Source: Malacoraja senta
Lineage: Eukaryota
DNA length: 64,000 nt
Reading direction: 5' to 3'
Assembly (NCBI GenBank): GCA_038087875.1
Contig: CM075989.1
Location: 14,880,001-14,944,000 of the forward strand
The notes beneath the pieces are model-generated. The model was given only the letters and a program-made list of their open reading frames with translations, did not search any database and was not told the origin of the DNA. Every line of letters begins with the position of its first letter. Positions within the stretch are counted from its first letter, which is position 1. Below are positions 48,803 through 62,578 of this stretch, piece by piece. The translations under genes and the position numbers were made by a program.

Positions 48803-51630
48803 TACACTGTCAAAGCCCCAGAAACAGAAATCTAATGCCAAGTGAAAACATTTATTTAGATTTTTTTTTTTTAAAGTCACCCTCGTCTATTGACAAACCT
48901 TTCACCTCAACACTCCAATACTCAACACAGTGGCATGAATAGGAGGTCCAAGTGACGATATAAATGCCGCAGTGTAGCAAACATTACACTTTTACCACTG
49001 GCTCAGGAACATCTGGGGGACAACTAAGTATAATTGGTCATTTAAAAGTTGCACCAACATGTCAGTAAAGCATTGTGGGCCTCTTGCCAAATGCATCATT
49101 ACCAGCAAATGTTTACTAACCATTTATTTTCATTGACAAGCTGCAAATAGCTTCACTTCAAAAGAAAGGCAATTCCCTTCACTGTTAAAAATATTTGCAA
49201 ATATCGAAAGTTCTTCAAAAGAAACGAGCTCGCAGGTCACCAGCGAGGGCATGGGGGGGGGAGGGGGGGGGGAAGAGAGAGAATATGAATCAGAGGTCAA
49301 AACCATGGAGAAAATGTTTTTATTTCCTGAAGGGTCATTCCTTTCGTACTAACCTCCATTTAGTGGTGATAAAGACAAAGGCAAACCTACTGAAAAACCA
49401 GACCTCTCAATTCTAAAAAGGTCCCCTCTGGGACCAAGCAACAGATAAGGCCTGGCTAGACAAGACAAAAACAGTGCCTACACAAAATTTACAGCCAGTG
49501 TCTTTTAACTTTGACTACTTAATACAAGATGGGGCTTATCCTAGTTAGGCACATGAAATTCTGTGATCCAGGATAAAGTTCTGACTGAAAGCAAAAAGTT
49601 AATGCCTTCTGTGCTGTCCAGTTCCTCGCAAGCTCACCATATATTGTCCTGCAACAGTCTAGTGGCTAGCTTGCTGGGGTGAATAAGTGCCCCAAGCTCA
49701 TTCTCAGAATACAATAAAGCTGCTGCAATTATGCAGGAAAGAATCCAACCATGCTAGATGGTGACATCTGGGCCATGCCCTTTGACACGCTTAGAATCTG
49801 CCTTGACTAAAGCCTGCTTTTGAAGCAATTGGGAGACTGAGATCTGGGGGGACTGTAAAGGGAGTGGTGACACAACAAAGCCAAAATCAAGCTGTATGAT
49901 GTTACAGAGACCTCCTAAAAGGTAGGTTTTCTGACTCACAACAACCAGACTACAGATATTGTTGCATTTGTGAAACCATTGCATATACATTTAGGTGCTG
50001 ACTGTCAGAGTGCAAGTACAACAAAATCCTTGGTCTATTTAAAACATACTGAAACATTTCCACATCTTGCAGTAAAGTTAATATTGCATGGCTAACTTTA
50101 ATAAATTGATACCCATAACTGGTTATGTGTCAAATAGATCTAGGAGGTTAAAACTAACATTCAATTCACATTAGCTGCTGCCTACACTCAGTATTCAATA
50201 ATCAGTTTGAATCATATTGTTTTTGCATATATGGTGCCTGATGTGTAAACTCCCTGATGCTGCGAATCTCAGGGCTGGAAGCGGAATTCAGAGGTAGCTT
50301 CACAATACAAACCCCCTTCTAAATTCAAACCATTTATCCTGGATCAACAAACTGAAATTTGCAGTCGTAGTGTAAACCAGGTTGGAGAGATTTAATTGCT
50401 GCTCCTATTGTAAATCCTTCTACTTCTTCATGGTCACCTGATGTTTATGATTTATTTGTGTAATCCTGCCTATCTCAAGCCTTTGTTCTGCCCCTTTGAA
50501 GGCCTTCAGGTCAAACACTCCCCCACCCCACCCCCATCACCCAAAATAAATGGTTCCCTGTCTATTGAACAGTGTTCTTTAGTGGAAGATAAAACTGAAT
50601 CAAGACAGCATTACCAAAAATCATTAAGGGCGGTCAAGAAGTGACAGAATAATTTGCAAGGATATAGGAAACGTACCTAGTGTATGGTAATTGAGGACCA
50701 GTTAATACTTCAGTATGTAACATGAACCACTGTAAATAAAAGGGAGATTTCTGATTTGTCCAAAACATGCCTTCAGGCCTAAAAATACATATTCTTCCAG
50801 AATAAACATGGTCTATTAGTTTTTCATGGGTTAACTACCATTGTGACCTTGTAATAGAAAGAAAACTTACATTTATCAAACTGGTTAAATTAAAACAACT
50901 TTGCCCAACACACAGGACAAGACTATTGAAACGAGTATTCAAACCCAACAACATAACTTCATTAATTGCAATAGATTTCTCCTCAACAGTACCTCTGCTC
51001 CGCTGCAGCTGTGACTTATTTATTGGTTCAGCATTAATGATTTAGCACCAGTAAGAAATATTTTTTTGCTTTTCAGAATCTGTCGAGCATGTGCCTACCC
51101 CTATCTTTTCATTCATTATATTTTATACAGGAATCATTATTAAAGTTTGAGAAACTTAAAAAACATTCATTCTCCAAAAAAATTGCTTCTGGTATATTGC
51201 ATTTAATTTTAAATGGCATGATTCAAAATAACAATCAGCAACGTACAGGATGGTATTGGGTCAACTAGTGCAAGAGCAAAATAGTGTTTCTTTCATTTTG
51301 CTCTGAATTCGTAGCAGCCAAAGGATCTGTTCAAACAAGTCAGGGGTCATTGCTGTCACTCTATCATATACCTGGCCTGAAAAAAAAAGGACACAAAGTG
51401 CTGGAGTAACTCTGTGGGTCAGGCAGCATCCCAGGAGAACATGAATAGGTGACGTTTAGGGTCGCAACCCTTCTTCAGATACAGACCTTTCATTTTTCTT
51501 GCCTAACTGGTTAAAACTGAGCTTTCATTGTCCATGTTCCAATGGGCAGAGAAGACTAACTTTCCTGGTGGCCTAGAAGTAAAGTGCCCAAGGCTTGCAT
51601 TGCCTAACTTCTGTATAGATTTAACTCCTA

Positions 51631-51725
51631 GGTACACAAAAATGCTGGAGAAACTCAGCGGGTGCAGCAGCATCTATGGAGCGAAGGAAACGGGTAACGT
51701 TTCGGGCCAAAACCCTTCTTCAGAC
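51631..51725 (-). mobile_element. Mini Penelope-like insertion with intact hammerhead core, 10-bp TSD
   Basis: ttaactccta at 51621-51630 and 51726-51735; minus strand reads CUGAAGA-A-GGGUUUUGGCCC-GAAACGUU. Confidence 0.8.
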
Positions 51726-51759
51726 TTAACTCCTACCTGGCTCATTGTTTTGCTCTGCA

Positions 51760-52042
51760 TATTGTTTCACCAGATTCAGGGACAGTTTCTTCCCACCTGT
51801 CATCAGGCAATTGAACCATCGTACCGATAACTACAGAGCAGAACCGAGCTACTATCTCATTGGGGACCCTCAGACTATCTTTGATCGGACTTTATCATGC
51901 ACAAGATGCTATTCATGTTATTCCCTTTATCATCTAACTGTACACTGTGGATGGCTCGATTGTAATCACATATTGCCTTTACGCTGACTGGTTAGCACGC
52001 AACATTAGCTCGATACACATGACAATAAACTAAACTCAAACT
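51760..52042 (+). mobile_element. Rex1/Babar-like LINE 3' end
   Basis: TRFRDSFFPPVIRQLN-type C-terminus, then a 3'UTR ending gacaataaactaaactcaaact. Confidence 0.65.
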
Positions 52043-52169
52043 TTGCAAGCTTGGATTTAAGAGAGCAATTTGGAAGAGCAGTGGAGTGTGAAATATTTTT
52101 TATCAGCTCAATTCCAAATAAAAAGTGGATCTATTTAATTTTATATACTCCTTAACATAAAATAGAGAA

Positions 52170-53050
52170 GAGTACAGCATAGGAACAGGCCCTTCAGTCA
52201 ACGGTCGATGTTGACCACAATGCCAATTAGAACTAAATCCAGCAAAGCCAAATGGTCTAGCACATGGTCTAGATCCCTCCATTTCAAGCCACTGTGTGCC
52301 TATCTAAATGTCTTTTAAACATTGGTCTTGTATCAGCTTCCACCAGTTCCCCTGGCTGTGTATTGCAGGCACCTCTGACTCTACATTTTATTTATTATTA
52401 TTATTATTTTTTTTAAACTGGCCTCAAAAATCTCCTTTAAACTCCCTTCAACCCTCCCCATTTTAATATCCATGGACAGCAATGCCTTGTTCTATCCCCA
52501 TAAACAATAAACATTCAGAATTATTTCTCAATTGCTTGCCAATTTGGTTTCGAAATTATTGATCATCTCCATTTCTAGCAAATTCATGGGCAGCAAGTCC
52601 AAGCCATCACCTCTCACTATGTAAAGTTTCTTCTCCACATTCTACACCCCCACCCCGTCTCTCATGTATTTTCTGACTTAAATCTGTGCCCCCTCATCCT
52701 TATATTATCAGCTAAATAGAACAGCTTCCCTTTCTCGATCTTCCTATTACATTTGAATCTCCCCTAAATCTCCATGGCTCCAAGGCAAATAGACTAATCA
52801 TAGTTAAAGTCCTTCATCCCTAAAATCATTAGAGAAAATCTCCCCTTGACCTTTAAGGATTCTCACATGACATCCTAATGTGTGACGGCCAACATTGGAT
52901 ACCAATATTCCAGTTATGGCACAACCAAAGCTTCGTAAAACTTGAAGATAGTTTCCCTGCCTTTGTGCTCAATACATCTATTAATGAAGCCCCTGATCCC
53001 ATGAGTTTTGCTGAACACCCTTTACATACCTCAAGTTTTACAAAGTTTTG
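52170..53050 (-). mobile_element. Old CR1 3' fragments
   Basis: aacaggcccttcag...ctatctaaatg...gcttccacca and downstream ORF2-like remnants. Confidence 0.6.
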
Positions 53051-53200
53051 GCTGTGCCGTATCAGTCTGAAGAAGGGACTTGACCCAAAACATTACCTAT
53101 CCACCTTCTCCAGAGATGTCGCCTGGCCTGCTGACTTACTCCAGCACAGTGTCATTTTTGTAAACCAGCTACTGCAGTTCCTTGTTTCTACCCTCTGAAC

Positions 53201-53575
53201 CAGGTGTGGGGAACCTTTTCATGTTGGAATGCCGCATTAAGTTAGCTGTAATCTAATAAGGCCGCATCCAAGAAACCTCAATTAGAAATACTTTAAAATG
53301 TACATTATTTTGTTAAAATAGCCCTCATGACTTACTAATGTTTTAATTGTGGCCGTCAGTCAGTCAGGAAGGATTATTTTGTTGAATCTTCTTTTACTCT
53401 TTGGTATTTTAAATACGTTCATTTTAAGATTAAAATAAAAGTAATAAGACGAACAAAAACATATTAACAAAAAAAAAAAGGATTTGTTCTACAAAATTTG
53501 GATTCATTGAAAAGCCCATACTTAATGGCCTAGAAGGCCGCATGCGGCCTTAAGGCTACAGGTTCCCCACCCCTG
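53201..53575. mobile_element. hAT (Charlie-like) MITE
   Basis: TIRs CAGGTGTGGGGAACC / GGTTCCCCACCCCTG; 8-bp TSD ctctgaac (53193-53200) / ctctaaac (53576-53583). Confidence 0.85.
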
Positions 53576-54306
53576 CTCTAAACACTTCTTCCCCATCCCC
53601 TCCTCCGTGAATGAGCCATGCACCATGAATTCCCCAGGCCCTCCGGACCTTGAAAACTCTTTAGAATAATTATACCTCTCCCATCCTCTACCAAAATGCA
53701 ACGTTTCACACCTCTCCAAATCTGCCGTTGTTTTTACTTATTCTACCCAGTTTTAAGTTTATTCGCATTATTCTCATTGTTTACCACATCTCCATAGTTA
53801 AGCATCATTAGAACATTTTAAACTTTTTTTCATTATCTTCCAGCAAGGTGGATCGATGCACCCCACTTTCATAATTTAAAAATGAATCCTCAAATTATCA
53901 ATGTTAATCTTATGACAACATTTATCTCACAAATTTTTGAACTAGGGTATCAGGTCTCAACAAGTATATGCAAGATTTCTACAGCAAACACTAATAATTA
54001 CAGAATGTGAACTTCAAACAGCAAATAAGGAATTTCATATCTCACCACAAAAAATAAACAAAGGCAATCCAAAAAAAAAAATCAGTATTCATAGAGTAAT
54101 CCAAGACAAGGAGCTACTATGAAAATGAGAACTACGGTTAACAAAATTGGTTTGGAGGCATCTGTGCCACGAGCTACATAACTCAAATGGAACACTGAAA
54201 GAATGGTAACATTTAGTACCAATTAAAAATGTTACATTCATGCCCACATTTTATTGTTACATGCTATGGTTAAAATAAATTGGCTACCACATTACCCACA
54301 AGTAAA

Positions 54307-54889
54307 AGGCCTGTCTCACGAGTCTGCGGTCTATGGCGGCGAAACGGGAGGAATCTGCCGCCATAGACCGCGCACTCGTGAGAAAGTACAATTCCCGGGC
54401 CGTGCGGCGGTGCTAAAATAAAAACGACAATGTCCAAAACAAAATACTCACCGCACAACCTCCACCAGTGATGCACGAGTGCGCACGGCCGCTCGCACGG
54501 GCCGCCGCCAGTGTGGGTCGAGCGCCGTGCGTCAAACCTCCTCTGCCACAGCCTCCGCCAGTGACGCACGTGCCGCCGCCAGTGAGGCACGTGTGCTGCA
54601 CGGCCACAGTCACAGCCACCGCTACAGCGCCGCGATCAGGATGGCCGCCGCCACAGCCGCCGCGGGTGAGTCACGTGCGGCGGGCCGACGTCATCGCAGT
54701 CGGCCCGCCCTTTTTTTACTTACCGCAAGCACGTGGGACCCGCCGTGTTTGAATTAACTCGGCCCCCGCGCAACATCCGTGCAGCGCTCCGGTGGATAGG
54801 CTCGACGCTCTCGCCGTTGCCGCGCGGTCCTCGCTACCAGCGACGCCGCGCTTCACCGCCGATGACCGCAAACAGGTAAGACAGAGCCT
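54307..54889. mobile_element. GC/CpG-rich TIR element, probably a PIF/Harbinger-type MITE
   Basis: Imperfect ~40-bp TIRs (aggcctgtctcac..gcggtc..ggcggcgaa / ttcaccgcc..gaccgc..gtaagacagagcct), TAA-containing flanks, internal ccgccagtg repeats. Confidence 0.65.
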
Positions 54890-55447
54890 TAATAGAATAC
54901 TTCTGCAGTGTCATCACTCATGTTATGGAGGCAATTGTTGAAGCAACTTGGTGAATTTCCAAGTCTGATAAACCACAAATATATAACTAATTTGTTGTTT
55001 GATAAGGTAAAATATTGGCCAGGATACCAGACGATATACCAGGCAATATATCATGTTTTTCCATAGGGCAAAATATGAACTGAGGGGAGGCAAAAAAAAA
55101 AAAAAAGTTTTTCAAACTGTACAACACAAAGTTATCTTGGACAGTGAGGTACAAGAATGATCCAGGATACGCTTTTAATTGATAGTGATAAGTAGGAGTT
55201 CTGAAGATTCACAGATCATCAATACAACTGCATGAACACCCCTCTTTCAATAGTAGAGAGGCAGGATGGTGTTTAATATTTAGCAGTAGGCTGGGACAAA
55301 TTTCTCCCTTTTGTGCTGATTAAGATTTTCATCTTTGAAAAGACATGCTCAATTCAACTGGAGGATGATGGTTAGGAAATGTTACATGTTCCGATTTGTC
55401 CAAAGCTGACAGTGTTTGTACAGTCACAAAGTGCCATTGATACTGTA

Positions 55448-56168
55448 CAGTCACAGTGGGACAGCGGTAGAGTTCCTGCCTTACAGCAAAATGCAGCGCC
55501 GGAGACCCGGGTTCGATCCCGACTACGGGCGCTCTCTGTACGGACTTTGTACGTTCTCCCCGTGACCAAGCGTGGGTTTTATCAGAGATCTTCGGTTTCC
55601 TCCCACATTCCAAAGACATACAGGTTTGTAGGTTAATTGGCTTGATAAATGTAAAAAAAATTGTCCAGTATAAAATTGTCCAACTTCCAGTATAGTCCCT
55701 GGTGGATTCTTCAGAAGGTACAAGGTACAGAAACCTTCTCTACTTTTAAATAGATTGCTTCCTGACAAGCAATACTTGCAATATTTTGCAGGGATCATAA
55801 TTTTGCCATTTTAATGTTTTACAAATTATTACTAATTTTATCATAATGAAGTAGCTTTATTCTAGGCAAATATCTCAGGCTCAGTGGTAGAGTTGCCGCC
55901 TTACAACAGAGACTTAGGTTTGATTCCGACTATGAGTGCTGTGTACACGGAGTTTGTACGTTCTTCCCGTGACCGTGTGGGATTTCCCCGTGTGCTCCGG
56001 CTTCCTCCCACACTCCAAAGATACACGGGTTTGTAGGAAATTTGGCTTCAGCAAAAATGTTTAAATTGTACCTAGTGTAGGATAGTGTTAGTACACGGGG
56101 ATGACTGATCGGCACGGACTCGTTGGGCCAAAGGGCCTGTTTCTGTGCTGTATCTTTAACCTAAACTG
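55448..56168 (+). mobile_element. Two HE1-type V-SINEs (~55448-55681 truncated; ~55878-56168)
   Basis: tRNA heads and central domains; the second copy has the tail. Confidence 0.8.
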
Positions 56169-56633
56169 AAATGCATTAACATTTAAAAACAAATTAATTG
56201 AAGAGAAGTTTTGCATTGGAAGGATGTGATTACACAAGAGAGAAATTGGAGAGAATGGGTTTGTTTATCCTGGAATGGAGGAGGCTGAGGGATGACCTGA
56301 TAAAGATATACAAAAATGAGAGCGATAAACAGGGTAGAATGTATAAATCTTTTTCCACTAAAGCTGTTCCAGCTAAAGCACCCACTCAAAGTTTTGCTCC
56401 TTGAACTTAGCAGTGCCTTGACGGACATTTTGAAACAGGGAACTTCTTTCAATGATCAATAACTGGCCTTTCAATTTGATTAACTGAAGAGAAATTATAG
56501 TAGTTCAAGCTTCACATTTACACGACCTCTCAATCGTGAGCAATGATCAAAAACAATTTTAAAGTTGTTCACAATATCTTTGAAGCAGTCCTATATAATA
56601 TTTCTCAACATAAATTACGAAGCTTTGACAATA

Positions 56634-56850
56634 TGTGTAGGAAGGAACTGCAGATGCTGGTTTACATCGAAGATAGACACAAAATGCTGGAGTAACTCAG
56701 CGGAACAGTCAGCATCTCAGAAGAACGTTTCGGGTTGAGACTCAAAATGTCACCCATTCCTTCTATCCAGAGTTGCTGCCTCGACCTGAAATGTCACCTA
56801 TTCCGACTTGCTGCTTGTTTCTGCTGAGTTACTCCAGCATTTTGTGTCTT
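56634..56850. mobile_element. Inverted Penelope-like terminal repeats, 13-bp TSD
   Basis: agctttgacaata (56621-56633) / agctttgataata (56851-56863). Confidence 0.75.
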
Positions 56851-58164
56851 AGCTTTGATAATAGCTTTGAATATGTATCAACAGGTTCCAGGTTAAAAAA
56901 AAACCTCTGAAATGCTAATAAAAAAGCCACTATTGCATCATGTATAAATGTATGATATAGTAGCAAATGCAAGTTGCACCTTACTTCCAAAATTCGACTA
57001 CAAAGGAAAAAAATTGTGGAAGAGACGACAAAGGGCAGATGTGACCACCACTGATAGGAGTGGATGAAATCCTACTCCAAATAGTCCAAAGCAGCAGTGT
57101 TTTGTTTCTTATGTCTTGTCTTTCAAAAATAATACAAGAACAGAACAGAGAAGAGGGATCTACGAAATGCAAATCATTGTGGACAATTGTATCATTGCAG
57201 AAACCATTTCTTTCTTCTGATTATCTAGAATGGGTACTTTACAAACAGTTTTCACGAGAATCTTACAGGAATTTGCACACGTGTACTTTAAAGCTGCAAA
57301 GAGGATTAGTTTCTTCACCAAAACTATCTCTATAATTTTCTGATTATGTCCACATCTATTTACTGACATTAACTATTCACTTTCGTTCATAAAGTGACAC
57401 GCAAAAATGCTGGCGATTACTGAAGGTTTAGAATAACACGAGTACTTGAAGGGCATTAACATACATTAGCCGACTGGCATTTAAGTCACTTCAAAGAAAA
57501 GTGCATTGAACTAATCATTTACAAAAGATAAATATGGCAAGCCATTAACCATGTTTACAAATCATTCTAATATTTACTTATATCATTACTTGCTCATCTG
57601 CAGGTCTTATCTTTCATTTATTCAAACAAAATTGTGCATTTTGACTGATAATTAATCAGATAAATTTTGGCCTTTTTTGATCTCACTGCACTGCGATAAA
57701 ACCTTGAACTATATTAGTTTGGAGATGTTCCTTCATTAACTGATTGTTACCTTTGGATTTGTCACAAACACGTGGCATCACTTTTGAAGAAAATGGCTTT
57801 GATGATGCATTTATCTACAAACCGCCACAATCCACAATGATACCAGATCTTGCATTATTTTCAAAGAACAGCTACTATTGTTTGACCATGCAAACTCCGA
57901 CGATGGCTATCATAACTTTTGTATATTCGCAAGCACCTTAAAGCCAATGACGTAGAACTTTTGAGCATTATCCCTGTTGTAATTTAGGAATTATAGCAGC
58001 TAATCTGTACATAGCAAAGTCCCGTGAACAGTAATGGAAGAATTAGTTTTTCCCCTGAAAGGTAAACCAGCATTAGTAGAGATACCACAAGGAACCAGGT
58101 CCTTCAGCCCACAAAGTCCATGCTGTCCTTTAATCATCCATCCATCTATCAATCAATCAATCAA

Positions 58165-58745
58165 TCTATATCTAATCTTATATATATTATATATTTATAT
58201 TATATTACTAAAACTCTCTTGTTTCTATATTTCTGCGACGGCTGCAGTCTACAGCCAGGAATGGGATGAGTACGAGAACCAGGCCAAGTAGGCGGTGCTC
58301 TAGGACTGGGTAGCTGGGGTTGCCTCCCAGGTTATTCACCCCCCCCCTCCCCCACTCGGGTTATTCACCCCCCGGTTATTCACACACCCCCGCACCCCCA
58401 CCCCCCCTGCCTCAAAAAGGCAGTCAACACCCCCCCTCCCTCTCTACCGTCTCCCCTCCTCTCTATCCCCCCCTCCCTGCCCTCCTCCCTCTCTGCACCC
58501 CCTCTCCTGTGATGCCACGAACCCCCCCCCCCACAATCTCTACCCTCCCTCCCCTCACCCTCTCTACTCCCTCCCTCTCTCTAACCACACCTGCGCAGTT
58601 GGGGGCTATGCGTGAGTGGATACGGCGGGGGATGGGGGAAAAAGGAGCAAAAGAATAATATTAATATATCTGTGTGTGTGTGCGTGCGTGTGACGCCGCA
58701 GGACGCGTTGGGGTGATGGGACCCGACGGGTCCCACTTGGTCTAG
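58165..58745 (+). mobile_element. Non-autonomous Helitron
   Basis: AT-rich 5' TC start, subterminal hairpin TGGGACCC-gac-GGGTCCCA (58717-58735), CTAG end (58742-58745) followed by T. No TSD-type flanks. Confidence 0.7.
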
Positions 58746-59570
58746 TATATTACTAAAACTCACATCTTGTTTCTATATTTCTGTATTTGTACGTAACTAT
58801 ATTTGTGCAAAAATGGTACACAATAGCGCTACAATTTTTGCACCACCTTACTCAGCATTGTCCTGTGATCTCAATTAAACAAATTTTGTTCAGATTGATG
58901 GTATATTTTACATTACTGACATTTAAAACACTTTAAAAAATAAAAATAAAAAAAATAAAAACTTGCCCTGCCCATCGCCAGTGCCCATTTAAAAAAAAGC
59001 ATAGTGATTTTCATTGTGGGGGGTGGGAGGGGGATTCATTTGGAAAAAAAAAGTGATTTTCATGGGGTGGGGGGTTCCAATTACATTTTTAAAAATCACA
59101 AACGAAAAACTCCAGTTTTAAAAAGAACATCGTCATTTTAATTTTGGGGTTGTGATTTAAAAAAAATGCAGTTTTCATTGTGGGGAGTGGGATCGGGGGG
59201 TGGAGAGGAGGAGCAGGGGGGGGGGATACAAGGAGAGGAGGCCACAAATACATTAAATTTACCATTATCTGTCCATCCTTAGCCGTAACCTTTTAGCTCA
59301 TGGTCCTACGATAACAGATTGTATTTAAGAGTTGTCATTCCATCATAAATTGAGTGCTCCCCGAGATAAGATTTTTCAATGGCTTTCTCTTTAGCTCGAA
59401 CAGTGAGCCACTCTTGTCTACAAACAGAATACATGCATGCCTTTTCAGCAATTAAGAAAGACAAAATCCTCTTACTTGGTAAGAAGAGCCTCTTACTTCT
59501 TCTAGCGCGGAAAAGCGATAACAGCTGACGGTCCCCGGCCCGTTGGGGAACGGGATCCTCAGGAGTAGGA

Positions 59571-59790
59571 GCAGAGTTGAGCTAGAGTTAGCGGTTCTTC
59601 TCCGTGCTGGATTTAAGCCTGGGGTCACCACTGCTCCAGGCCTGTGTCCCGTCAGTCCAGGGCTGTCGGTTAACCGGCCGGGCAGGCAGAGTTGTGCTGG
59701 AGTTAGCGCTTCTTCTCCGTGCTGGCTGTACGCCTGGGGCCACCCCGACTCCGATCCGGTGTCCCTGTCAGTCTAGGGTTATCCCGGACA
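59571..59790. repeat. Two diverged ~115-bp GC-rich tandem copies
   Basis: gcagagttg.gct.gagttagc..ttcttctccgtgctgg at 59571 and 59686. Confidence 0.7.
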
Positions 59791-62274
59791 TCTCTAGCCG
59801 CCCCCCCGGACAGGGATGGGACACTCGGGAGGGGACGGGGACAGTCCAGTAGCAATTCAACAGCACCGGAGACCCGGTTCGATCCTGACTACGGATAAAA
59901 CGCAGGATGCCTCTCCGCCGGTCCAGTCCCTCCCCGTCTCCCAATCTGACCTCTCTCTCGCTGTTACACCCCGCTCTCCCACTACCTGGCACCCCCGTTC
60001 CTCAGATTAAATATATTTTTACACATAAATTATGAATAAAGGTAAAAATGTATACAGTTTATACAGCCAGCACTTTGTTCGCTTTTTCTTTATCACGAAT
60101 GACCTTTGACAAATCCCATGATTCCTTGTGTTTTTCGGAATACTGAACTCACTTATTGGCCGCTATAAATTATCCCTCTTCTGTAGCGAGAAGAGGAATC
60201 TGGGATTAAACTGACGGGAATGTAAACATAGGAACACAGAAAATAGGTGCAGGAGGAGGCCATTTGGCCCTTCGAGTCTGCATCGCCATTCAATGTAATC
60301 ATGGCTGAATGTAAGGAGAATAGGTTACTTGGAAAATTAGCGGGAGAATAAAGCTACTCTGTAAGTGTGCACAGAGTAGCCACTTCAGGCCATCAAGTCT
60401 CCGCCATGGGGAAGTACGAGGAAAACATGAACCACATGCACAGTTATGCCAAATCATTATCCCCCAATCACTATTAAATGTGAAATTTTCAAGATTATCC
60501 TATGTGAATTATACATTCCACAAAATACTAGTACGTTGAACAATAATCAAAAATGTTTTTAGATAGAATACAATGATATGGGAATTAATAAAAGTGCTGA
60601 TGCATGGATTATTTCAGTTCAATAAAAGAATATTTTTATTTAAAAGCTATTTGTTGTCACTTCAATAGGATGATCACTTAAAAAAAAAAAAACATTTTTT
60701 TTTAAAGCTAGCCAAAAGAGCAACAGCATTAACTATAACTTTACATTCAAATAATTTTTAAAAATCCAGAATTCATTGTGAAAAACACATACCTCGATAC
60801 TTTTTGAACTGAGCTTTCAGAAACCTGTCATAATGGTTTGTGTCTCATAGTAAAATGGCACACTTCTGTACAGGTGTTCTTAACTTTATTACGCTTTCAC
60901 ACCTTGTTAACGCACAGCAACTATTTAAACACAAACAGCTAGTAAAAGACTCCATTTCCTACCAATTTGCCTCCCCTTTTCATAGTACTTAGTCCAATTT
61001 GGGTTGTCTTTCAGGCCCACCCTGGCCTGTATAATTTTATTGCACCCCGGGAGACCATCATTAAAGCAACTTTCCCATGCATGGGCAGAAAATACTGGGG
61101 GGAAAAATTAGCTCCACTCCAACTCTTACTCAGCTGTTGTTGTTCCCTCCCACTGAAAACTGATCGCAAAACTCTGTATTGGCAAACTAAATCTGGACCA
61201 AAACTTAGTACAGTGTAACTCATAATTAGCTATTAAAAACACACCTCTAACTGCAGCATTTGCTTTCTTATGTGTTTTCTCCATTAACCCTCCTGCCTCC
61301 AAAAGCAACTGAGTATCTTTTACCAGCCTTGGCAAAGCTTAATTCTGAAAGTGACGTTCCTCGTGAGGGCTTCCTTTTCCTATTTGTTGTCATCAGTCGG
61401 GCATCAGAGCCAAAACCAATCCTTCCAATTATGTCAGCCTAATTTTCCAGCAGCAGATCAGGCGAGTCAAACTTAAATGTGTATTCCACAGATATCTGAA
61501 GGGTAAAGTTACAACCCATTTTAGGCCACTCCATTAAATAAACAGTTTATGCTGTTGTTCTTTGGACAAGCTTGATTTAAGTTTTTTTAATATTTCGATC
61601 ATCCCATTGAAATGGGAACAAATAGCCTTTAAATAAAAATATAATTATTTTATTAAACTGAGATAATTGATTGCATCAGCACTTTTATTAATTATAATTA
61701 ATTGTATGGGTCATTTTGGTAACTGGACCCAAGGAAAATACATTGTCCTCAGTGGGAGTGTAAAATGATCACAGGACAAGGATTTAAGTAAAGGGATTCA
61801 ATTAAGGATTGCATAAATTAGGAATTTCTTGGTTGGCTTTTTGTAGGTTAAGAACTCATAGGATAAAAATTTTCAGGATAACATAATAGAAAACGACAAA
61901 TTAATTTTATTGGCTGGAGGATCTAAAACTAGAGGGTATAGTTTAAAAATGAGTTATGCTTTTCTGAGTGGAGTTAGGAAATACTTGTACATGTAAACGA
62001 TGTTGACAGTTTGGAACAATCTTTCGTTTAATTGATTGATTGAAAAATTATTACGTTTGGGGGTAATGATTCCTCTTCACAGCATATAACGTAATATTCG
62101 ATAGTAAAGCAGTAGTATGTGAAAATAATGGTATTTTTCAATAGAAATGATTTGCACCATGTAATACCTTTCCTCTTCAGTTAGGTTTGCCAAGTGAAGT
62201 GTGTTTTGAAACAAGATATCTAGATCTATTTTTAAAATACAGCTGAAATCTGAATAATTCACACCCTGCCCAAT

Positions 62275-62578
62275 AGTTTAGTTTAGAAATACAGCACGGA
62301 AACAGACCCTTCAGCCCACCGAGTCGGCACCGGTGGGCTGAAGGGCACTATCATACATACACTAGGGACAATTTTCATTTCTACCACGCCAATTAACCTA
62401 CAAACCTGTATGTCTTTGGAGTGTGGAAGGACCAAAGATCTTGGAGAAAACCCACATGGTCACGGGGAAAATGTACAAACTCCATACAGACAGCACCACA
62501 TTCGGGATTGAACCCGGGTCTCTGGTGCTCAAAGCGTTGTAAGGCAGCAACTCTACCGCTGCGCCACTGTGCCACCCC
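62275..62578 (-). mobile_element. HE1-type V-SINE
   Basis: Reverse complement full-length copy with a (TTTAG)n tail. Confidence 0.85.

Noticed and set aside
54270-54757. GC-rich ORFs in several frames
   Set aside because: Low-complexity products of a GC-rich MITE; no transposase motifs.
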